63,532 nucleotides of DNA, from the NCBI GenBank assembly GCA_034780895.1, contig JAUZTB010000094.1:9707992-9771523 (forward strand), written 5' to 3'. Positions within the stretch are counted from its first letter, which is position 1. The number at the start of each line of letters is the position of its first letter. This stretch comes from Rhynchobatus australiae. Lineage: Eukaryota. A model generated the notes under the pieces. The model searched no databases, was not told where the DNA came from, and saw nothing but the letters and a program-made list of their open reading frames with translations. Below, piece after piece: positions 1 through 12,874 of this stretch. The position numbers and the translations under genes were made by a program.

Positions 1-3000
1 GCTCTGTAAATGTATATTGATTCTAATGGCAAATGGGTATGTTATACTATGGCAGCTTATAACTGTTGTTGGGGGTATGAATCAACATTGCAGGAGGATA
101 GTAACAGTATAGATATATGCAACACCACATGTTTTTGGAGCACCACAGAAATCTGTAACAGTCCAAGAGATATAGAACATTATAAGGGAGAGATGTTTGT
201 AATAATATAGACATATGCAACTCTACGGGGATCTGAAATACCATGGGGGTCAATAACATTATAGGAAGTCCATAACATTTTTGCGATGAGTAATACAATA
301 GGGAATGCAAAAATAAAGGAGCTTGTAACCATTCATCAGGAGAGTGCAGAATCTGTAAAAGTATAGTGGTTTGTAACACCAACCGGGTTTTGTAACAGAT
401 TAGGACCATCTATGACTATTTTGGGTGGGTGTGTAGGTGGTCTGTAGCAGTATAGCGGGCTTGTAAATTATTGAGATGCAAAGCACTATAGGTGTTTCTA
501 ACCATATGGGGAAGGTTAATTGTACAGGGATATGTAACATTAGAGGGGTCTGCAACAGGAATGCCGATCTGCAACTGTGTAAGAATATGTAACTCAACAG
601 TGGACTGTAACAGCTTAGAGATATGTAATGGTATAGAGATCTGGATGTGCATGTATCCCTCAATTTCTCAATATCTGANNNNNNNNNNNNNNNNNNNNNN
701 NNNNNNNNNNNNNNNNNNNNNNNNNNNNNNNNNNNNNNNNNNNNNNNNNNNNNNNNNNNNNNNNNNNNNNNNNNNNNNNNNNNNNNNNNNNNNNNNNNNN
801 NNNNNNNNNNNNNNNNNNNNNNNNNNNNNNNNNNNNNNNNNNNNNNNNNNNNNGTAACACCATTGACTCTTTGGAGTACATGTCTTTAATCTGTGAAGCC
901 ACTTTTTGCTACGAACAAATAGCACATACTATCTGTGAATGGGAATATATTGCACCAAATTTCTCATAATGCATTTTGCCTAGCGTTTTCAACTTATGAA
1001 ATTTTGCTAAATGAAATGTTTCCCAGGAATGCATCTCTTTCGTAAATTGAGGAAAGGCTGTAGAGAGATCAGTAGCGATATAGGGGGAGTGTCTGTAACA
1101 TTATATGGATAAATAATACTATAGGTCTACATAATAGTGTAAGGGTCAGAAACAATAATGGGTCTGTTACACAGTAAGGATGTGTAATATTACAGTGATC
1201 TTTGACACTATGGGGCAGAGTAGTATAGGAATACATAACACTACAGGGGCCTGTAACCATGGGTTTGCAACTGTGGAGAAGGGATGGGGCTGTAACAGCA
1301 ATGGAATAGTTTTCATATAAGGCTACATAATATCATTGGGCTCTGCAATGCTATAGTGATGTGTATACCAACGTACAGACATGGAGTACAACAGAAGTCT
1401 GCAGCACTTCAGGAATCTATAATTGAATAGGGAAGTGTATGTAAAGAGGACCTGTAACATTATGAGGTTTGCAATGGTATATGGATATATACCTCTGCAA
1501 TGATCTGTAACAGTTTAATCAGAGGTATCAGTCTGTATTATTACAGGTAAATGTAAAACCTTAGGGGGTCTGCAACAGTGTCTGGGGTCTGAAAGAGTAC
1601 AGGGGAATGTAACAGTACGGGGTGTCACCAGGGTGTATAACAGCATCAGGGGTATAGAATGCCACAGAGATCTGTAACAGTAAAGGATTCTGAAAAAGTA
1701 TAAGGGATCTGAAAAGTATTGGGATTTATAATACGAGTGAATGCAACAGTATGGGGGTAGGCCATTACAGCACAGTATTACACTGCAGTGGTCTATATGT
1801 ATAGGGTCCTGTAATAGAATGAGATCTGTAAATCAAATAGGATGAGTAGGGGGTGCAGTGGGGGAAGACTCTACACATCGGGATATATAAAGTTCAGAGG
1901 GAATCTGTAACATTTTGGGGTGAGGGGGCTCTGTAAGATTACAGAGGTGTTCTGTAACTGAATGAGAATATTAATTGCATGGAAACGGGTCTGTAACAGT
2001 ATAGGGATGGGTAAAACCACAGGGATCTGTAACAGCATTGGGGTCTGAGACAGTAGTGGGGTCTATAACATGATATGGATGTTTAGTACTATGGGGAACT
2101 GTTAAAAAGATATGGCTGTTTATAACAGTGCAGGGGAACATTTTTAAAAAGGGCTACCTAACACCAAAGGGGTCTGTAACAACACTGGAGGTCACAACAG
2201 GGTAACAGTTCAGGGGCTGCAACATTACAGGAATTTGTAACACTACATGCTAGAGACAGTCTATAACATTATAGAAACATAATTCTACAGTGATCTGTAA
2301 TGCTATAGAAGTTGTAAAATTATAGGCATCTGTAACAGGAAAGGCATATACAACACTGCATGAATGTGTAACACCACAAAGGTCTACATATCAAAAGGGA
2401 TGTATAACAATACAGAGGACTATAACACTATGGGGATCAGTAATTATAGAGGGTTTGTAGCATTGTTGGGATGTGTAACTCTAGAGGAATCTGAAATACT
2501 ACAAGGGGTCTGAAATACTGTAAGGATATGCATCAATATAGGGTCATACAATACTTTAGAGGGGTTATAATGCTGTAGTGATACGGAATACTGTAGGAGA
2601 CTAACACTACAAGTGCCTGTAACACTACAGGGGCTTTTACCTATGGAGTGGTCTGTAACACTACAAGGAACTGTAACAGGACTGAGATAGGGCAGCACAA
2701 TGGCACAGCTAGTAGAACCACTGCCTCATAGGGCCAGCGACCTGGGTTCAATCCTGACCGGGTCTGTGTGGAGTTTGCACACTCTCCCTGTGATTGTGTG
2801 GGTTTCCCCAGGTGCTCTGGTTTCCTCCTACATACCAAAGAAGTGCAGGTCGGTGGGTTAATTGGTCACTGTAAATTTCCCCTAGTGTGTAGGCGAGTGG
2901 TAGAATCTGGGGGGAGAGTTGATGAGAATGTGGGGAGAGTAAAAATAATGGGATTAATGTAGGATCAGTGTAAATGGATGATTGATAGTCAGGCAGACTC

Positions 3001-3520
3001 GATGGGCCAAAGGTTCTGTTTCCACACTGTATCTCTCTCTAACTTCATGATATGTAATTCAGTCGGGCTCTCTAACATTATGAATGTTTATAACACAGTA
3101 ATGGGGTCTGTAACAGTATGTGGCGGGTGTCTCACAGCAATACTATAGAGGCACGTGATAGTATAGGGATGCAGTAGCAATACAAAGGATCTGTAAAAGT
3201 TAAGGTGGATTTGCAATGTTTAGGGATATAAAACAATGCATTAGTCATTAGCTGTACCAGTTGAAGGGAGCCTGTAATGTTAAAGGGAGGTGTAACACTA
3301 CAAGCGTCAGTAACATTGAAGGATATGTAACACTATATGATTTGTAAAATTGTAATGGCTCTGTAATATTGTAGAGATACATAGCAGCTTAAGAGTCCAT
3401 AACATTGTAGGGGTTTGTAATAGTTTAGGCAACTGCAACATTATAGGGTCCGTAACAGATCATGGGTGTATAACAGGATAGCTCCTTGTGACATTGTAGA
3501 GATATATAAACTAATAGAGT
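1..3520. repeat. Highly diverged ~20-bp minisatellite (core ggg[at]TCTGTAACA) filling intron 32
   Basis: The TGTAAC(A) core recurs at short intervals over 3.5 kb; interrupted by a gap (679-853) and a SINE. Confidence 0.8.
2690..3045 (+). mobile_element. tRNA-derived SINE (V-SINE/HE1-like), near full length
   Basis: A box TGGCACAGCTAGT, B box GGTTCAATCC, body gtgtggagtttgcac...ggtttcctc, LINE-like tail gggcc...ctgtttcc; paralogous to copies at 4471 and 48408. Confidence 0.85.
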
Positions 3521-3614
3521 TGATAGTAAAGGCTGACACACTAAGATGGGTAACTTTTTGGTCTTGATGCATTTACTTTTTATATATCTTTTTAAGAAAG
3601 AATGTGATACTTAC

Positions 3615-3659
3615 TCTGGGACCTGTCGGACCTGCAGCACCAGCCTCACCTGGGACACC
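3615..3659 (-). CDS. COL2A1: Exon 32 (45 nt) GVPGEAGAAGPTGPR
   Basis: cAG/GTAAGT boundaries; ends at helix residue 498. The next exon (expected to carry GFPGER) is not seen in the window. Confidence 0.96.
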
Positions 3660-3759
3660 CTGTACAAGAAAAACACAGGTAAGTGATGACAGACAGTAAC
3701 TACGCACAACTTGGCATTATACAGAGAAGTGCAAAGGTTTAGTCATTTCAGTTACTCCA

Positions 3760-3975
3760 GATGTAGAGAGGGTTTGGACCTCACTGCCTAAAAGGATGGT
3801 GGAGGCAGAAACCCTTCCCACATTTAAACACCACTTGGATATATACTTAAAGAACTGTGAACTGTGGAGCTATGGACCCAGTGCTGGAAAGTGGGGAGCT
3901 CTTTTACAACTGGCACAGACACAACAGGCTGCAAGGCTTTCTTCTGTGTCATAAATTTTCTATGGTTCTATGATT
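3760..3975 (+). mobile_element. CR1-type LINE 3' tail fragment
   Basis: Resembles the tail of the CR1 copies at 9260-9897 and 29535-30040. Confidence 0.6.
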
Positions 3976-4470
3976 TCAATCCTAAAGTGGCCTGTATAAA
4001 GTGTGGCTAGTATTACTTCGACAGCATTTTATTTGGGTCTTCTTTACAAAATTCAGTTACCAGCTGGACAGTTAGTCTCCATGTAGTAAGGACGAATGCT
4101 GTTACCCTCCAGTGAAGCCTAGTCATAATTAATTTCTCTCACTTTGGGTCTCCAAAGATTTTATGTTGTTAGAATCTTTTCTGCCTCTATTTTTTGAGAC
4201 TAGTCAGCAATTGTCCCCAGAACATTTTTCTCTTTGTTCCTCCTAGTCTGGAAATAAACTATCCTCCATCCCCTTCCTCCTTCCCGAATCCTGACTCGAT
4301 TGAAATCAAGATAAATTCACACTATTTAGGGTAACTTACATTTTCCCATACCAGCTACTGATTTGCCCACCAGAAATTCAAATTCTTTATTTCTTAAGAC
4401 CCAAAATAATGGAACTCCCTATCTCCCTCCAGTCTTTCTTCCCCAATACAATCTTATAAAGACCAAATTT

Positions 4471-4767
4471 AGTGGCACAAGGCATAGCCAGCAGTGCTGC
4501 TGCCTCACAGCTCCAGAGACCCGGGTTCAATCCTGACCTCCGATGCTGTCTGTGTGGAGTTTGCACGTTCTCCCTTTGACTGCATGGGTTTCCCCCGGGT
4601 GCTCCAGTTTCCTTCCAACATCCCAAAGACGTGCGGGTTGGTAGATTAACTGGCCACTGTAAATTGCCCCTGGTATATAGGGGGAGTTGATGGTGAGAAT
4701 AAAAATAGGATTATTGTGAATGGGTGCTTGACGGGCCTGTTTCTGTGCTATATGAATCTATGACTCC
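4471..4767 (+). mobile_element. tRNA-derived SINE (V-SINE/HE1-like)
   Basis: B box GGTTCAATCC, same body as 2690-3045, tctatga tail. Confidence 0.85.
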
Positions 4768-5011
4768 AGGTAACCATAATCTACAAAATAGTTATTACAT
4801 TTCATTAATAATCTACTGTATGAAACACAATGGTGTGTTCTGACAAGCTAAAGTACCAGATATTGCTAGTTGCTGATTGCTACTAATCTACCGTATCCAC
4901 TAGCTCTGTCCTTCATATTGGCTTAATAAATAAATATTAAGGGAAAATTTCTGAATAGATGAATGTTTAACCTTTAAAGGAGGCATTGCCTGAGATTAAT
5001 TGATTACATAC

Positions 5012-5065
5012 CTGGTCACCTGGCTTGCCACCTTCACCAGGAGGACCTGGGGGACCTGGCAGACC
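5012..5065 (-). CDS. COL2A1: Exon 31 (54 nt) [18 protein letters not shown]
   Basis: cAG/GTATGT boundaries, Gly-X-Y. Confidence 0.96.
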
Positions 5066-5339
5066 CTGTAATAAAAGTAAAACAGATTGATTAATACAGA
5101 ATAATCTAAAACTGAAGATTTGATATTACAGTAAATGAAAACAAAAGTAGATTTATTATACCTGTTCAATAAATTTAACAGTTACTGTATACGTATAAGA
5201 AATTAACATAAGAATGCGAAGTTGAGGAAATCATCTTCCAAACATAAGGCTTTAAGTAAGTGTCAGCACCAATAGATTTAGAATTTATAAGTAATAAATG
5301 CTAAAACAGTGTTCTATTTCTATATCACAAATTTAAAGC

Positions 5340-5545
5340 AGCGGTAGGTGAATTGGCCAATGTAAAAATATTGTCCCAAATGTGTAGGTGAGTAGCAGAA
5401 TCTGGTGGGAGGGGGTAAATTGATGGGGATATAGGGATAATAAAGTGGGATTAGTGTAGGATTAGTATAAATCTACTTGATGGTCGGCATAGACTCAGTG
5501 GGCTGAAGGGCCTGTTTCCGTGCTCTATGTCTCTATTGCTCTATA
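5340..5545 (+). mobile_element. 5'-truncated SINE of the same family
   Basis: Matches the 3' half of 2690-3045 (tgtgtaggtgagtagcagaatctgg...gggctgaagggcctgtttcc). Confidence 0.75.
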
Positions 5546-5609
5546 ATTGACAGTGGGTATGATTTAAATAAGTGCTTTAGTAATGTTGAATAGATTTTAT
5601 CATGCATAC

Positions 5610-5663
5610 CTGGAAGCCAGGAGGACCAGGTGGACCTTGTTCACCTCTTTCACCAGCAGGACC
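5610..5663 (-). CDS. COL2A1: Exon 30 (54 nt) GPAGERGEQGPPGPPGFQ
   Basis: cAG/GTATGC boundaries, Gly-X-Y. Confidence 0.96.
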
Positions 5664-6578
5664 CTGTAAAATGAACAAACAGGAGTGAACAAACACCTTG
5701 GCTTTTAACACAGCATTGCATCAAAATTCTTGTGCACCCTAAATGATGTGCAAGAATGGCTCAAATGACTGTTTTGGTCAAAAATCAGTTCCAACTGAGA
5801 CCTGAGGTCATGGTTGCAAGGTCCGGAGTGTTGCACATTTTTACAATCAAATATGCAGTAGTGGTGATGGAGGAGTGGCCTGAGGCTGTAGGCAAGTAGT
5901 CAACCTACTCTGAAGGCCTCAAACGTGGGTGCTGCAGGAACAAAACTATGTTGTTCCAGGAGTGTCCAAGGACAGGAGCTGCTTGGATATTATGGGCCAA
6001 ATTTCCCCACAATGTTCCAAAAGAAGTGGGGCAAAGGTCATTTTGTGCACCCCTATGTGGAAAATGGGGGTCACAACAGGAAGTGCCTGGTCAAGTTTTC
6101 TGAGTGATGCAAAATTATCTGGAAAGAGATTGTTATCATGCTTCACACATGGAAAAATCAATTTCCAATTGCATAATACTGAAAATATTTCCAGGCACAT
6201 TTTTCAGGAAAGTATTAGTGGCCACATTGAAGTGTGCTGATGAAAACAGCATTTGCAAATGATAAAACATTTTAGAGTCAGTCCTCATTTTATTTAAGTG
6301 AAAGTTACTGAATATAATGACTTTTGTAGCAGAATTTTTATGAGTCATATTAAAATATGATAAGATGTGTCAATGGGTGCTTGATGGTTGGTGCAGATTC
6401 AGTGGGCCAATGGGCCTGTTCCCATGCTGTATGAAACCACGATTCTCTGTGGCAGTCCATGGAGCCTGCATCAATATGGAGGATCATGACTGGTGATGTA
6501 AAGACATTATGAATTTTCAAATGAAACATATCTAACAATCTGTTCAGACAGTAAATTATCCAAGGTATTTGAACTCAC

Positions 6579-6632
6579 TGATGGACCAGGAGGACCTTGA
6601 GCACCTGTTTCTCCATCTTTGCCAGGCAGACC
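6579..6632 (-). CDS. COL2A1: Exon 29 (54 nt) GLPGKDGETGAQGPPGPS
   Basis: tAG/GTGAGT boundaries, Gly-X-Y. Confidence 0.96.
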
Positions 6633-7188
6633 CTATGAAGAATAAAGAGTAACGTTCAGTATGCAGTGATGGAATTAAAAGTATTCTTTTAAACCTGTGA
6701 GTGCTGCACCTTAAAACACTCTGTATGATTGCCACTTAGACTCACTATCTATTGATATTTTAATTAAGGGGATTTTACTATACTGTACTCTGTTCTCTAT
6801 AATGAAAATATGCTATATTATTTTATAATAATGCTTTTCTATTCACTATGGTATACTTTATTATGATTTTGCTGTGCTATATTTTGGAAACTATGTTCTA
6901 TATGTCATTATACTATAACATATTATTCATATATTGTATATTGTAATGTTTCCTACTGCTAATATAGTTCCCCACATATACCACATTATATAATACTGTG
7001 TGTGGTATTTGCATATGAATACATTGTGCTCCCACTTAACTATTACACAATGTGATGTACTTGCAAGGAATACAGACTACATTGTATATAAAGTGGGAGA
7101 ATTGTACTGTACAAATCTATTGGATTTTATATAATTTGGTGTTCTTTTAATCTGAATAGTGTGGAGTATTTGGAACATAACATGGCAT

Positions 7189-7193
<5 letters not shown>

Positions 7194-7220
<27 letters not shown>
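7194..7220. repeat. (TA)n microsatellite in an AT-rich low-complexity block (about 6770-7400)
   Basis: Direct reading. Confidence 0.9.
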
Positions 7221-7225
<5 letters not shown>

Positions 7226-8161
7226 TATATCTGAAATTATATATCTGAAATTTGTAGCACCAAATATATATATATTACACAAATACTGTAATACAAAATA
7301 CAGAGTACTCATAACAGGTGTGACATATTTTATATATATTTGTTGGTACCAATGGATCAGTTACTATTAGTGGTTTATTATGATGGTAATGAAGATTAAA
7401 CCTTGCAGGCTGTACAGAGTAGTTGACTAAACTCACACTCCCACAACGAAGAATGCTCAGATAACTGGGGATAAAAATGTGGCAGTACAAGTGTCAGTTT
7501 TCTAATCCATGCTTTGTTTAAACTCAGCCCTGATGGTAATGTCAAATCACTGATTTTATACTTAATATTCAACGCTTGCTTGTATCTTGCTTTACAATAC
7601 TGTGTAAAAATAGTATTAATCCATAGCATTTTATTATTCTACTTTGCACTGCTGCAAATCACACTATAATCCTGATGGTCAATCCATTAATTTGTATTTC
7701 AGTGTTCTATTGCAACTCATTAAGATCTCCTAATGTAATAGCAACTTCATATTGATATCAATGGCAATTAACTACTATTAGTGTATTTCCATAAAGTTAA
7801 GTAAAATTAGGCCACTTGCTTCAGGTTATTAACCTCTGCAAAGGCAGGACTTTATAATTAAATGTGTTGGGAAACTCAATGTCCCACTCATCACAAGACA
7901 TTTAGAATTCATCCTACATTAGGTAATCCTTTCCAATGAACAGTGTGTCTTGCTGTTTCCAATTCTGTATGCTCTATTCGCAATATTTCTATGAGATGCC
8001 ACAGAACATTATATTATGACCATTACATCATACATAGATGCTGTTAGTCAAGATGTATGTTAATGGTGGCCATGGTATGATTCGTTTAAACATGGTCAAT
8101 CAAGATTAATAACCTTCAGCCATTGAATTACAACTATTCTGAAAAATATTGGGTTACTTAC

Positions 8162-8215
8162 CCTCAACCCAGGAGCACCAAGGAGACCCTTCTCACCAGC
8201 CTTGCCAGGCTCACC
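8162..8215 (-). CDS. COL2A1: Exon 28 (54 nt) GEPGKAGEKGLLGAPGLR
   Basis: tAG/GTAAGT boundaries, Gly-X-Y. Confidence 0.96.
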
Positions 8216-8363
8216 CTAGTGAAAAGAAAGAAACAAAATGACTTTACATTTAATCTGGGCAGAACGTTGGGTCAATCAAGTTGCTTTGTTTTTATCTTTA
8301 CAAGAAATTCATTGAAAGTATTAGTGAGTATAACATAGGATGTACAGAAAGCAGAGTACATTA

Positions 8364-8534
<171 letters not shown>

Positions 8535-9259
8535 CTATGTAATTGCCATGTTGATGTATTTATTTTGCATTAAACTGAACACTAATAAATTGTAAAAAAA
8601 AAGGAACCAACACAATGAAACTTAAATCAGTTTTAGATTTTGTTTCATTTAGGCATTTTCCTTGATGGTTGCACGCTATTCCTATCTTCCTAGAGTCTGA
8701 TCCTTTTACTTAAGGGAACAGGATAGTCTGAATGGCTTGGCTATTATACTCTCCCCTGACTAGGAAAGGGTGATCTGAATGTTTTTGCATGCATACCCTT
8801 CTCCACCTTAGCACCCATATCTTTCATTACTTAGCATAATGGAAGAATCTGAAATGTTTGGCAACCATACCCTTNNNNNNNNNNNNNNNNNNNNNNNNNN
8901 NNNNNNNNNNNNNNNNNNNNNNNNNNNNNNNNNNNNNNNNNNNNNNNNNNNNNNNNNNNNNNNNNNNNNNNNNNTTGGCAACCATACCCTTAAATACCTT
9001 TGATAGATGGGCTGAACACTTTAAGAAACATACTCCCTTCCTAGGAGAATAAAATGGGGTGAATGCTTTGCAACATAGGCCCTCTTTCATAGATTTGAAT
9101 AGGATTTGAATGGGAAACTTTTGGCACACATACTCTTCTCCACCTAAGATATGGTGTGAAGGCTCTGAGGCCCACAGATTCCACGACCGAGGGGAACGTA
9201 ATGATCTGATATTTTTCTCATCACATATTTTCATCTTGGAAGGATGTAGGACATATTGA

Positions 9260-9897
9260 AAGGTTAGTTAGCAAAGTGGGATTATGGACTTCTTAAATGG
9301 AGGTATTGAATACAAAAGCTGGGAAGTTGTGCTGATCTATGGTAAAACTCTCCTTAGGCCACAACCAATGGGTTGCATCCAGTTCTGATCACAACACTTC
9401 AAGAAGGATATCTTGGTCCTTGACCAGAATGGCTCCAGTGATGAGGGGTTTTATCTACAAAGTTAGATTGGAGGAGTGAGGTTTGTTGTCCTTGGAGCAA
9501 AGGAGGCTGAGGGGAGACACGGTAGAGGTGCACAAGATAATGACAAATTAAAATAAGGAAGACAAAGGTAAAAGTTGTTCATCTCTTATGGTACAAGGAC
9601 TGGGAAGGGGGGGGCACAGATTTAAGGCTTTGGGCTGTCAAGGAGGATGCAAGGAAGGACACTTTTTTCTTTTACACAGTGAGTGGTACTGACCTGGAAC
9701 TTGCCACCTGCAGATGTGGTGGAAGCAGAAATGATCAGTGATTGCAAAAAGAAATTGAACAGGCACTTGAGGGAAATAAACTTGCAGGGCTATTGGGATA
9801 TAATGGTGAAATGTGACTGACTGGATTGCTTCACAGCCAGCGTGGACTCAATGGGCCAAATGACCTGCTTCTGTGCAGTGATGACTCTATGACTATA
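9260..9897 (+). mobile_element. Decayed CR1 LINE 3' fragment
   Basis: cagttctgatcacaacacttcaagaaggat and ttggagcaaaggaggctgaggggaga align with the CR1 ORF2 end at 29556; SINE-shared tail. Confidence 0.75.
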
Positions 9898-10178
9898 TTG
9901 TCTGCTGTTCTTTGCTCTTCAGCTGAAACAATAGCATAGTCCATGCTGAGATTGCCCCCACATCCCAGTCAAGGTTACCTATTTTCATAGAATCATAGAG
10001 TTTACAGCATGGAAACAGGCCTTTTAGCCCAACTTGTCTATGCTGACCAAGATACCTTCCTGAGCTAGTCCCATTTGCCTGTATTTGGCTTAAATCTCTC
10101 TAAACCTTTTGCTTGACATTAAATAGGCAAATCCTAGAAAGTGACAATAAAATTCAGGAAACTTTCAACTGAACTTAC

Positions 10179-10232
10179 AGTAGCTCCAACTTTTCCTTGA
10201 GGACCAGCATCTCCAGGGCGACCAGTAAGACC
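10179..10232 (-). CDS. COL2A1: Exon 26 (54 nt) GLTGRPGDAGPQGKVGAT
   Basis: tAG/GTAAGT boundaries, Gly-X-Y. Confidence 0.96.
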
Positions 10233-11544
10233 CTAAACAAAACATATCCCAAATAAAAAGTCAAAAATCAGTAAAACAGAACATCCATATACTTAATTCA
10301 TTAGTAAGATAATTTTTTGTCAGTTACTAACAGTTGGTCCCATTAAGTAACTCCAAAGTCACTTTTGCCAAGTTACTCTTTTGGGAGAAACAGAAGAGCT
10401 GACATTAAGGTTTAAATGATTTATTGATTATGTCTTTTAAAGTTAGTACACTTATCAACTGTTAAAATTACAAATTATTAAGTGCTTCCTTATTGGGAAT
10501 TTCCATTGTGTTTGGCAATATTGAAAGACATATATGCCCTGCATTGTATGTGGCAGTTCTTAATATAAAGGCTGAATGAACTGAACCAAATAGCACCAAA
10601 TCGTTGGTGAGAAGCTATGTCCTGTCATTACTGTGTGTAAAAACATCTCTCTACTGCAAGCTTTCCTTAGGGCAATGAATCTGTGCTATTACTGTGTCAT
10701 GTGGTCTGCAAGAGTACAGAGATGATACAGGTGTATTCAGAATATAGTCAGTGTGGTCAGGAGACCAATTGTTGGTCACTCCCCTCCCTCTTCACCAGTC
10801 CAGATCCCCACCACCCCTCCCCAACTTTTAAATGAGCAGAATTTAGGTTACTTGGGGGATTCACTAATGACTGGCTTAGCTTTTAGTTGTTAGCAGAGAT
10901 GGAATTCAGTACCTTCCTTTGCTGACAATGACCAAAAAAATGCTTTGGACCATGGTGCGAAAGCTGCCATAGCAACACAATTCTTTCTTTATATAGAATA
11001 ATGTTGTGTTTTCTTTTAAAGTAGGCATGGCACATGGGCAGCAAATACTGGCTGGTATTGTAAATGTTCACCAGAACTACAGGATAATGGGAGAAAAAAT
11101 GATTTGAATGCACAATGTATACGAAGGGGGGGGGGGGCTATCTTACTCAGGGCTCAAGATGCTCCACAGACTGAGCATAAATGATTTATCAATTATTACC
11201 AAGCTGAGGAACACCAAGTACTGAGCAGTGGATTCAAGGACCTGATCTCGGCACCAGACTCCACTTCCAAAAATGTACTTTGGTCCCAGAAGTGAGAGAC
11301 ATTTAGTGCTCCACTCAATTTCTGAAATAGTCATTTTATGGTTGTGTAATTCATACATTTAACGGTGACGGAGTACATTTGGAAAAGAAGCTTTGAAGAA
11401 ATTAGCAAATGTAAGAAATAAAATATTGTGCTGTGTATCTAATGTGGCAAATGTTCCCTCAAAATATTATCTACCAGAAGGCTATTATGAACACTTTGTG
11501 TACATTTCGATATTAGAAGATAGTTTTGTCAAATTCCTGCTTAC

Positions 11545-11643
11545 TCTTGCCCCCGGAAGACCAGGTTCACCAGGGCGGCCAGGATCTCCATTAGCACCTT
11601 TAGGCCCAGCAATACCAGGAGCACCGCGCTCACCCGGGGCACC
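11545..11643 (-). CDS. COL2A1: Exon 25 (99 nt) [33 protein letters not shown]
   Basis: cAG/GTAAGC boundaries, Gly-X-Y. Confidence 0.96.
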
Positions 11644-11849
11644 CTGCAATGGGAAACAAAATAAAAGTTAGTTTGTTTTCCAAAAAAAAGTATCATCAGG
11701 TCTATTTGGAATGCAGTCACTCTTAATCCTCTGTAGTGCCCTAGTTAGTCAAAAGCCACTGCTTCCCTATTTGGGGAGATTCTTCTTTCCTCTCCATACT
11801 CAAAACTTTATTCCTTTGCTCAATATTATTATTGTTGCTCTGAACAAAA

Positions 11850-11982
11850 GCCTTTGAGTCCTCATGCAGAGTCTTGACCCAAAATATCAACTATCCCTCT
11901 TCCTCTACAGGTACTGCTTGACCTACTGAGTTCCTCCAGAAGTTTGTTTATTTGCTCCAGATTCCAGTGTCTCTTGTGTCTT
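11850..11982. mobile_element. Half copy of the hairpin (cagcatct/gagttcctccagc) element
   Basis: ctgcttgacctactgagttcctccag...ttgctccagattccag matches 57480-57555. Confidence 0.65.
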
Positions 11983-12820
11983 CAAAAGTCATTGCTTCTC
12001 TCTCTCATCCTCCTCAGCTCCAAATGCATATCCCTACAAATTGTTCTCATATCCTACTCTACAATATTACTGCACTTCAAAAGTACTTCATTGGTTGTAA
12101 AGTGCTTTCGGACATCTTGAGGTCAGGAAAATTGCTGTATAGTGCAAGTTTTTCTTTACTTTCTTATTCCTACCAAGTCGAGATCAAGTTGAACTGGAAT
12201 GTGTCTTACTAAGACTCCTATTAAGTAGGGCTTCAAACTACTTGCTCTCTACTTCTTTTCTTTCTTCAATATTCTGATGGGATTTAAAATTCCAATTTTG
12301 CATCACCTATTACTTCTCCATAAACCTCGATGCCTTTCCAACTCTTTCAACCATGATGGTGCCCTCCCCTTTGGCACAGGTCTTCTAACCATTCTTCTGT
12401 TTAAAAAAAAGACTAATATTTAACACCAGTTAGCAACAATCACTTGGAATTTACACATGAATTTTCTAGTGAAGAGTACTGCTCCTGTAACAATTCCACT
12501 CATCTCTTGACAAAGGCAAGATTCAGGGTAAGATTAATTTACAGAATTTGGAGTTAATTATATAATATTCTCTACCTTATTGTAATATGTTGTCTTAAAG
12601 GGATTAAAAATCAGTTCCAGTTAGAGATGGGGCTTAGTGAGCAGATGTTGATTTTGGTGCCCAAGAACCTTTCACTTCAAAGAACCAACTTTGGGTCATG
12701 ATGTATCGAATTTTATGTGCATTTTAATTAAGTAATTGAATAATTATTTGTGCTCTTTTAATTTTATAGGCAATGTAGCTGACCTTAAACAATGTGGCTA
12801 TTATGGAATATGGTACCTAC

Positions 12821-12874
12821 CTTTGGACCGGCAAGACCATCCTGACCTGGGAAACCACGGTTACCAGGAGCACC
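12821..12874 (-). CDS. COL2A1: Exon 24 (54 nt) GAPGNRGFPGQDGLAGPK
   Basis: tAG/GTAGGT boundaries, Gly-X-Y. Confidence 0.96.

Noticed and set aside
10-663. Cys-rich ORFs (e.g. 10..210, 492..857)
   Set aside because: The Cys-Asn pattern comes from translating the TGTAAC repeat; there is no domain or splice support.
679-853. Exon 33 possibly hidden in the N gap
   Set aside because: Cannot be tested from this sequence. The left flank is minisatellite and no Gly-X-Y sequence borders the gap; the exon may simply lie left of the window.
2690-2765. tRNA gene (A and B boxes)
   Set aside because: No cloverleaf, and it continues into a SINE body repeated elsewhere in the window.
8858-8992. Direct repeat ttggcaaccataccctt on both sides of a 100-N gap
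   Set aside because: Most likely contig overlap at a placeholder gap rather than a target-site duplication.
11393-11671. Plus-strand ORFs with PGRPGSP-like repeats (also 36400..36624)
   Set aside because: These are antisense shadows of minus-strand Gly-X-Y exons.
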